Source: Pseudodesulfovibrio mercurii
GTDB taxonomy: Bacteria > Desulfobacterota > Desulfovibrionia > Desulfovibrionales > Desulfovibrionaceae
Length of the DNA: 32,000 nt
NCBI RefSeq assembly: GCF_000189295.2
Contig: NC_016803.1
Coordinates: 1,320,001-1,352,000 of the forward strand
Reading direction: 5' to 3'
Shown here: piece after piece, positions 26,664 to 32,000 of the stretch
How the letters are laid out: every line of letters begins with the position of its first letter
Numbering within the stretch: position 1 is the first letter of the stretch
Program-made: the position numbers and the translations under genes
The notes under the pieces: generated by a model
Told to the model about the DNA's origin: nothing
The model's input: only the letters and a program-made list of their open reading frames with translations
Databases searched by the model: none

Positions 26664-27029
26664 CTTTTCAACTACCTTGAATCTAGCTTGCAGTGTGTGG
26701 GACGGTTCCCCCCGGTGTCCCCTTTCCAATGCCGCAACAATTCTCGATTTTTTGCAATAAATATACCGCAGCCGTCACTTGAAGCGGTCCGGGCGCAACA
26801 TGCCCCGGCCGTTTGCGGGAGACGGGCTCGCCCCGACTCGGCCCGATGGGAAATTGTCGAATCATACGGGAGAGCTATACAACGTTCCCGGGTCTCACGG
26901 CGGAAAAATAAATTCGGGTTCGTGGCGCCGCGGCAACAGGTCTGATCCGCGCACGCGCCGGACGGCCACGGCAAATTGTCTGGTAATCCGACAAGAAGCG
27001 AAAACCAGGTCCTGCAACGCAACAGGAAA

Positions 27030-27049
27030 CGCCGCCGAATCCGGCGGCG
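27030..27049 (-). terminator. Possible intrinsic terminator or structured element downstream of the second PilZ gene
   Basis: Minus strand reads CGCCGCCG-GATT-CGGCGGCG, an 8-bp GC stem, followed by TTTCCTGTT. The U-tract is imperfect. Confidence 0.3.
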
Positions 27050-27154
27050 CAGTTTGCGGGAAAGATTGAAAAACGGAGAGTGAGTGTCCGTCATGCCGTC
27101 TGTCGTGTCGGGCAACCGACACACGTCCCGGACGGACAAACGGGCGGGCAGCGC

Positions 27155-27583
27155 CTACATGAGGAAGCGCTGGATGCGGGCCTTGTCATCGGATTCATCC
27201 GAGACCTCGACCCCGACTTCCACGGGCTCATCCAGGACGATACGCCGAGGCAGACATTCCAGGGTGACCATGGCGTCGTCCAGCATGAAGGTCACGCTCA
27301 ACCCTTCGATCTGCTGGAGCATGCCGGCAAAAACGTGGCCTTTATCCATGAATTCCAAGAGCATACCCTGTATGGAAATGTTCCGGATCTGCACGGAAAA
27401 GACCATGATCTCACCACTGGTCTTGAGCACCTGGACGAGCCCGGAGAGCATGACGGGCCAGCGCGGCGACGTCCGCCGCTCCAGGTCGCCCGGCCCGGCC
27501 GGAGCCGCTTCGCCGGTTTCACCCGCCTCGAGTCGGTTGAGAATCCTGCCGAGCGCCTCGCCATCCTTCACGGCGACATGCAT
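27155..27583 (-). CDS. Small single-domain PilZ protein (predicted c-di-GMP receptor)
   Basis: RRTSPR (RRxxxR) and RNISIQG (NxSxxG) motifs. I chose the start at ATG 27583 (MHVAVKDGE) because the sigma-54 promoter at 27622-27637 overlaps or abuts the two upstream in-frame ATGs. Confidence 0.65.
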   Translation of the reverse strand: MHVAVKDGEALGRILNRLEAGETGEAAPAGPGDLERRTSPRWPVMLSGLVQVLKTSGEIMVFSVQIRNISIQGMLLEFMDKGHVFAGMLQQIEGLSVTFMLDDAMVTLECLPRRIVLDEPVEVGVEVSDESDDKARIQRFLM

Positions 27584-27621
27584 GCATTTGTTGGTCTGAT
27601 AATTGTACATGTAAAAATAAA

Positions 27622-27637
27622 AGCAAAATTCGCGCCA
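27622..27637 (-). promoter_or_regulatory. Sigma-54 (-24/-12) promoter candidate for the small PilZ gene
   Basis: Minus strand reads TGGCGC-GAATT-TTGCT, one mismatch to TGGCAC-N5-TTGCW. It ends about 39 nt upstream of ATG 27583. Confidence 0.6.
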
Positions 27638-27655
27638 CACGAACGCGTTGCGCCG

Positions 27656-27678
27656 AAAAAATCGCCGATCGGCCGATT
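27656..27678 (-). terminator. Possible intrinsic terminator after the response-regulator gene
   Basis: Minus strand reads AATCGGCCGATCGGCGATT, an imperfect hairpin with one bulge, followed by TTTTTT. It begins 9 nt after the stop codon. Confidence 0.45.
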
Positions 27679-27686
27679 CCGACGGA

Positions 27687-29123
27687 TCAGTTGTTTTTCA
27701 GCGAGAGGTTGTGCTTGCTCAGCAACTCGTACAGACGGGCCCGGGAAAGGCCGGAAAGCTTGCAGGCCGTGGCGATGGAGGCATCGCTCAACTGGACCAG
27801 CCGCTGGAGATAGACCTGCTCCATGGCCTCCACGGCTTCCTGCCGGGCGGCCTTCATGACCGGGAACTCCTCGGCGGTCATGGGCAGGGAATACATACTC
27901 GGCGTGGGAGCGGATTCCTGGGGCGCGGCCTCGTCCTCGCCCATGTCCTGAAACACGCGGCGCATGCGCAACTGCTGCGGAAGATGGTAGATGTTCAGGA
28001 ACTTGGAGAAACGCGCCTTTTGGAGCGAGACATGGAGGACGTTGACCAGCTCGCGCACGTTGCCGGGCCAGTCGTAGAGCCGCAGGGTCTCGATGAACTG
28101 GGGGTCCACCTCCTTCTCATCCATGCCGTTTTCCTTGCACAGGATGGGAAGATAATGCCGGGTCAGCATCTCGATGTCACCGTTGCGGTCGCGCAGGGGC
28201 GGCAGTTCGATGATGAAGCTCTGGAGCCGGTAATAGAGATCCCTGCGGAATTCACCGCGGGCCACCATCTCCTCAAGGTTCCGGTTGGTGGCCGCCACCA
28301 GCCTGAAATCACTGTATACTTCCTTGCTCGAACTGAGGGGGCGGAAGGTCTTTTCCTGGAGGACACGGAGCAGGGACTTCTGGATGCCCAGGTCGAGGTC
28401 GCCGATTTCGTCCAGGAACAGGGTGCCGCCGTGGGCCAGGTGGAACAGCCCCTTGCGGTCCTGGTCAGCCCCGGTGAACGACCCCTTGGCATGCCCGAAC
28501 AGCAGGCTCTCGGCCAGGGTCGAGGGGAGGTTGGTGCAGTCCACCACGATATAGCGGTTGTCCTTGCGGTCGCTGTTGTTGTGCAGCGCCCTGGCGAAAA
28601 GTTCCTTGCCCGTCCCGGTCTCGCCGGTGATGAGCACGTTGCCCACGCCCTTGGCGGAGATGGCCAACCGTTCGAGGCACTGGTTCAGGGCCGGGCTGTC
28701 GCCGATGATCTCCTCGCGGGTCAGGGTGTCGGTCTCTTCCCGCTCCACGGTCTTCTGTTGCAGGAGATTCTGGATGACCTTGCGGAAGCGATCTTCCTTG
28801 ATGGGCTTGACCAGGTAGTCCTTGACCCCGGCGGCAAAGGCCTGGGAGATGCAGTCGGAATCGGATTCCCCGGTGAGCATGACGATGTCCACGTTGGGGT
28901 CCAGTTCGGTCAGACGGGGGATGTGGCTCAACCCGCTGCCCTCGTGCAGATTGAGGTCCAGGAAGATGATGTCGAAATGGCTACTCTTAAGCAGGGTGAG
29001 GCCTTCTATCCCGGAATAGACGCAGTGGCAGTCGTAGCCCATCTTCTTGATGATGGACTCGACGACGGCGCACTGGAACGGATCGTCATCGATCAGCAGT
29101 ATCTTTCCCACGGAAGGTTCCAC
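27687..29123 (-). CDS. Sigma-54-dependent response regulator (NtrC family enhancer-binding protein), orphan with no adjacent kinase
   Basis: Receiver domain (KILLIDDDPF ... IIFLDLNL ... YLVKP). AAA+ domain with GETGTGKE and GSFTGA. C-terminal HTH (ACKLSGLSRARLYELLSKH). Start set at GTG 29123, 7 nt after AAGGAG. The ORF-track start at 29180 is TTG without an RBS. Confidence 0.85.
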   Translation of the reverse strand: MEPSVGKILLIDDDPFQCAVVESIIKKMGYDCHCVYSGIEGLTLLKSSHFDIIFLDLNLHEGSGLSHIPRLTELDPNVDIVMLTGESDSDCISQAFAAGVKDYLVKPIKEDRFRKVIQNLLQQKTVEREETDTLTREEIIGDSPALNQCLERLAISAKGVGNVLITGETGTGKELFARALHNNSDRKDNRYIVVDCTNLPSTLAESLLFGHAKGSFTGADQDRKGLFHLAHGGTLFLDEIGDLDLGIQKSLLRVLQEKTFRPLSSSKEVYSDFRLVAATNRNLEEMVARGEFRRDLYYRLQSFIIELPPLRDRNGDIEMLTRHYLPILCKENGMDEKEVDPQFIETLRLYDWPGNVRELVNVLHVSLQKARFSKFLNIYHLPQQLRMRRVFQDMGEDEAAPQESAPTPSMYSLPMTAEEFPVMKAARQEAVEAMEQVYLQRLVQLSDASIATACKLSGLSRARLYELLSKHNLSLKNN

Positions 29124-29398
29124 GTAACAGCTCCTTGCCCGCTCGCGGACAGGTCGGCTTGACGGCCGGACGATGGACAAAAGTTGGCCATTCTATACAT
29201 AGGCGCATTTTTTCTGTCCATAGGAAAATCTCCCGTTTCCGTTTTTTCCGGACAGACTGCGACCGTGCGAGAATATCCTTTCGGATACCCACACTTTCAC
29301 TATATCCCCCTTTTCCGATTTTTCAAGACATTCCGGATTTATTCGCAAGCCCTTTCCGGTGCGGCGGGCCGGGCGCCGGGACCATATGCAGGAACACG

Positions 29399-29430
29399 AA
29401 AAAAGCCGGGCAATCCGCAGATTACCCGGC
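29399..29430 (-). terminator. Rho-independent terminator after the second PEP-CTERM gene
   Basis: Minus strand reads GCCGGGTAATCTGCGGATTGCCCGGC, with a GCCGGG/CCCGGC outer stem, followed by TTTTTT. Confidence 0.7.
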
Positions 29431-29456
29431 CATTCATTATCTATTATATAAGAGAA

Positions 29457-30230
29457 TCAGAGAGAACGACGCTTCCTGCGGGTGTAGCAGACCACGCCCA
29501 GTCCACCGAGACCGAACAGGATGAAGGTGGAGGGTTCCGGCGCGGGAATGGTGGACTCGCCGAAGAGTACGTCGTTGCCGCAGGTCATGGCGAAGGCGTA
29601 GGTGAACGTTCCGGAGTAGCCGGAGAGGTCGAGGGCGAAGTCGGACCAGGTGGAGGTGCCGGTTTCATTCCAGCCCAGGTATTGCTCCCACCCGGAGAAG
29701 GTCACGCTCTCCAGCCAGTCTTCCCGGTCCACCAGGGCCTGGACCGGGTGATCGAAGCGTCCTTCGTAACCCCACGGCCAGAAAGAGGCCCTGTAGTCGT
29801 CCATCCAGCTGTCGTCCGTATAGCCGAGGTAGGCCAGGTCGACGGAGAACAGGGCGTATCCGCCGTCCCAGTTGACCCTTCCGTCATAGCCGACGCACAG
29901 GATGTGGTGCAGGACGTAGTCCCAGCTCCCGTCCTGATCCAGATCGAAGAACCAGTCTCCGGGAACGAGTTCCCGACTGGTGCTTTCATAGTTCAATTCG
30001 ATCCCGGTGAGGGTATGGCCACTGTACACGAAATTGCCGCCGGTCAGGTTCGGGGAGCCGATGACGTCCAGGTTGTCCTGCCAATCCCGCAGATAGGGGT
30101 CCCAGCGGTTGTTGTTGAAACCGGGCCAGTAATTCACCTCGTCGGTGAAGGCCACGGTATAATAGGCCAGTGCGGACGGAGCCTGGAGCAGGCACAGGAG
30201 GAACAGGGCCAAGGCGATACAGCGTTTCAT
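29457..30230 (-). CDS. PEP-CTERM sorting-domain protein, Trp/Tyr/Asp-rich (exosortase substrate)
   Basis: Signal peptide MKRCIALALFLLCLLQAPSALA. ATG 30230 has a GGGAGAC RBS. C-terminus PAPEPSTFILFGLGGLGVVCYTRRKRRSL. Confidence 0.85.
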   Translation of the reverse strand: MKRCIALALFLLCLLQAPSALAYYTVAFTDEVNYWPGFNNNRWDPYLRDWQDNLDVIGSPNLTGGNFVYSGHTLTGIELNYESTSRELVPGDWFFDLDQDGSWDYVLHHILCVGYDGRVNWDGGYALFSVDLAYLGYTDDSWMDDYRASFWPWGYEGRFDHPVQALVDREDWLESVTFSGWEQYLGWNETGTSTWSDFALDLSGYSGTFTYAFAMTCGNDVLFGESTIPAPEPSTFILFGLGGLGVVCYTRRKRRSL

Positions 30231-30262
30231 GATTGTCTCCCACGTTGAATTCCACGCCATTA

Positions 30263-30278
30263 AGCATAAAGTATGCCA
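30263..30278 (-). promoter_or_regulatory. Sigma-54 (-24/-12) promoter candidate for the second PEP-CTERM gene
   Basis: Minus strand reads TGGCAT-ACTTT-ATGCT, with GG and GC correctly spaced. It ends about 33 nt upstream of ATG 30230. Confidence 0.65.
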
Positions 30279-30582
30279 GCAATGTAAATGGCGACTTTCC
30301 AGGACTCAAACGCAAGGGAAATGTCATTTTGCCCGACATCTTGTCGAAGGGTCTTACATTTTGTGCCCGTTTCGACACAATCAGACCGATTCTCAGCCCA
30401 AAAATCATGTTTTTACCGTTTTCCACAGGGCAACCGCCGGGGAAAATGGATTTTAGCGCAGTGGGGCCGACGGCCCGGACAGGATGATCTGGACTCGGGC
30501 AACAGATTGTTCCTTTACACGCCATCAAGGATACTTATTTGAATAGGAACGACCAACCCACATTCGTGAAAGGAGCTATATC

Positions 30583-31101
30583 ATGGCCGAACGAACCGGA
30601 ATCATCACGTTTCAAGGAAACCCATTGACCTTGATAGGCCCTGAAATCCACGTCGGCGACACCGCGCCCGACTTCACCGTGACCGCCAACGACCTCTCCC
30701 CCGCCACCCTGGCCGACTTCTCCGGCAAGGTGCTGGTCATCGCCTCGGTGCCCTCCCTGGACACCCCGGTCTGCGACATGGAAACCCGCCGCTTCAACAC
30801 CGAGGCCTCGGCCCTGGGCGACGAGGTGAAAATCCTGACCGTCAGCATGGACCTGCCCTTTGCCCAGGCCCGCTGGTGCGGCGCGGCCGGAATCGAGGCC
30901 GTGCAAACCCTGTCCGACCACGCCCAGGCCTCCTTCGGCGAGAACTGGGGCGCGCTCATCAAGGAACTGCGCCTGCTGACCCGCGCGGTCTTCGTGGTGG
31001 ACAAGGACGGCAAGGTCGCCTACGTCCAATACCTCAAGGAGATCACCGAGGAACCCGACTACGAGGCCGCCCTGAAGGTGGTCCGCGAACTGATCGGCTG
31101 A
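30583..31101 (+). CDS. tpx: Thiol peroxidase (atypical 2-Cys peroxiredoxin Tpx)
   Basis: 172 aa. The sequence FQGNPLTLIG ... APDFTV ... SVPSLDTPVCDMET carries the peroxidatic Cys, and ARWCGA carries the resolving Cys. RBS AAAGGAG. Confidence 0.9.
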   Translation: MAERTGIITFQGNPLTLIGPEIHVGDTAPDFTVTANDLSPATLADFSGKVLVIASVPSLDTPVCDMETRRFNTEASALGDEVKILTVSMDLPFAQARWCGAAGIEAVQTLSDHAQASFGENWGALIKELRLLTRAVFVVDKDGKVAYVQYLKEITEEPDYEAALKVVRELIG

Positions 31102-31130
31102 TCCGCCCGCAACATCGCACGACTCAACGG

Positions 31131-31163
31131 CCCGGAAGGCAACCCCTTCCGGGCCTTTTTTGC
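31131..31163 (+). terminator. Rho-independent terminator after tpx
   Basis: GGCCCGGAAGG-CAACC-CCTTCCGGGCC is an 11-bp stem, followed by TTTTTT. Confidence 0.75.
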
Positions 31164-31398
31164 GCCCCGTCCCCGATTCCGCAGGGGACCGGGCCGGGCC
31201 GGATGGCGCACGGCTCGCGGCAGGCAATTGCGCCCCCCGACTTGCCGCCCCTTTCGCAACAACTCGTCCCGACAAGAGGACGGCGGCGTCCCGTTTTTCA
31301 CCCAACAGGGCGTCAAAGCGGGATATCCGCCCGCCTCGCTCTCTTCATTTCCGCAGGATTACAGAGGGTTGACATTCGGCCAAAGGGGCCGTATCAAT

Positions 31399-31890
31399 AT
31401 GTGCATGGATGCATATATTGAGAGTCAAGAGTCCGGCCAGCCGGAGGACATCGCCCGGCTCGGGCGCAGTTTCGACCATCTGCACAGCCTGGCCGCGGCC
31501 CAGATATTTACCTCCATGGCCCGCTCCATGCACACCTCGGACATCACCTTCAGCCAGCTCAACGCGCTCTTCCGGCTCTACACCCACGGCCCGCAGCGCA
31601 TCGCCGACCTGGCCGAAGGCGCACACCTGAGCCACTGCGCCACCAGTCGGCTGATCAGCCGGTTGGCCAAGGAAGGCCAGGTGGACAAGCAGCCCAACGC
31701 GCAGAACAGGCGCGAGCGGCTGATCAGTCTGACGCCCGAGGGGCTGGCCTTTCTCCGGAGCCTGAAGCTGAACACCACGGCTGCCTACGAGAATCTCTTC
31801 CGCACCCTGCCGTCTTCCCTGACGGACCGGCTCCAGGCCGTGCTCGACGATATCCTGCCCCTGCTGCCGCCGCCCGAAATGCCCGGCTAG
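31399..31890 (+). CDS. MarR-family transcriptional regulator
   Basis: Winged-HTH core LNALFRLYTHGPQRIADLAEGAHLSHCATSRLISRLAKEGQVDKQPNAQNRRERLISLTPEG. Start placed at ATG 31399 (MCMDAY), after AAAGGGG. The upstream ORF-track extension looks non-coding. Confidence 0.8.
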   Translation: MCMDAYIESQESGQPEDIARLGRSFDHLHSLAAAQIFTSMARSMHTSDITFSQLNALFRLYTHGPQRIADLAEGAHLSHCATSRLISRLAKEGQVDKQPNAQNRRERLISLTPEGLAFLRSLKLNTTAAYENLFRTLPSSLTDRLQAVLDDILPLLPPPEMPG

Positions 31891-31948
31891 CCGCATCCCG
31901 GCTGCCCCCATCACACCGCTTTCACGACGTTTTCCGAGGTATTCCACC

Positions 31949-32000
31949 ATGCGCAAACGAGGCCTTGCCCATCTCGCCATCCTGGCGGGCATCTCCACAC
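31949..32000 (+). CDS. 5' end of an unidentified gene, possibly a secreted or membrane protein (truncated by the window)
   Basis: ATG 31949 follows GAGG. It translates as MRKRGLAHLAILAGIST, a signal-peptide-like start. Only 17 codons are visible. Confidence 0.3.
   Translation, partial: MRKRGLAHLAILAGIST

Noticed and set aside
26672-27139. 155-aa minus-strand ORF spanning the gap between the two PilZ genes.
   Set aside because: It is Arg/Cys/Pro-rich with no motifs or RBS. It overlaps the ends of both flanking genes. I treat the region as non-coding and structured instead.
1-32000. Search by eye for CRISPR arrays, IS/transposase genes, integrases, tRNA/rRNA genes, toxin-antitoxin pairs or known phage-defence genes.
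   Set aside because: I recognised none. There are no direct-repeat arrays, no DDE or tyrosine-recombinase motifs and no tRNA-like cloverleaf candidates in the intergenic regions. I cannot exclude small elements without running tools such as tRNAscan, Infernal or ISfinder.

Overview
This is a GC-rich Gram-negative chromosomal segment; the taxon cannot be fixed from sequence alone, though the proteins look deltaproteobacterial. A PEP-CTERM/exosortase (Xrt) exopolysaccharide locus and an unusual accessory island dominate it.

- **Core locus (1-16986, one ~17 kb minus-strand array):** PrsT TPR lipoprotein, priming sugar transferase, Wza-like exporter, split Wzc (chain-length determinant plus BY-kinase), ExeA-like ATPase, beta-barrel OMP, exosortase, EpsI, PrsK/PrsR (sensor kinase and sigma-54 activator), ManC, and the 5' end of an atypical Ntn-amidotransferase.
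- **Control region (16987-17623):** an AT-rich divergent region separating the core array from the plus-strand genes.
- **Accessory island (17.6-30.3 kb):**
  - a translationally coupled DevCAB/MacB-like ABC exporter with a CPBP (CAAX-type) intramembrane protease;
  - a PEP-CTERM protein behind a near-perfect sigma-54 promoter, followed by a SAM methyltransferase;
  - a convergent operon of PilZ, FeeM-like N-acyl amino acid synthase and an E1(ThiF)-nitroreductase fusion;
  - a second PilZ gene with its own sigma-54 promoter;
  - an orphan sigma-54 enhancer-binding response regulator;
  - a second, Trp/Asp-rich PEP-CTERM protein, also behind a sigma-54 promoter.
- **Right end:** housekeeping-like tpx, marR and a truncated ORF.

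I read four -24/-12 sigma-54 promoters directly from the sequence. I saw no tRNA, rRNA, CRISPR array, IS element or long repeat. Many long ORFs in the track are antisense shadows typical of GC-rich DNA. All family assignments rest on motif recognition by eye, not on searches.

The best candidate for an undescribed system is the c-di-GMP/sigma-54-wired accessory island, especially the PilZ/acyltransferase/E1-nitroreductase operon.
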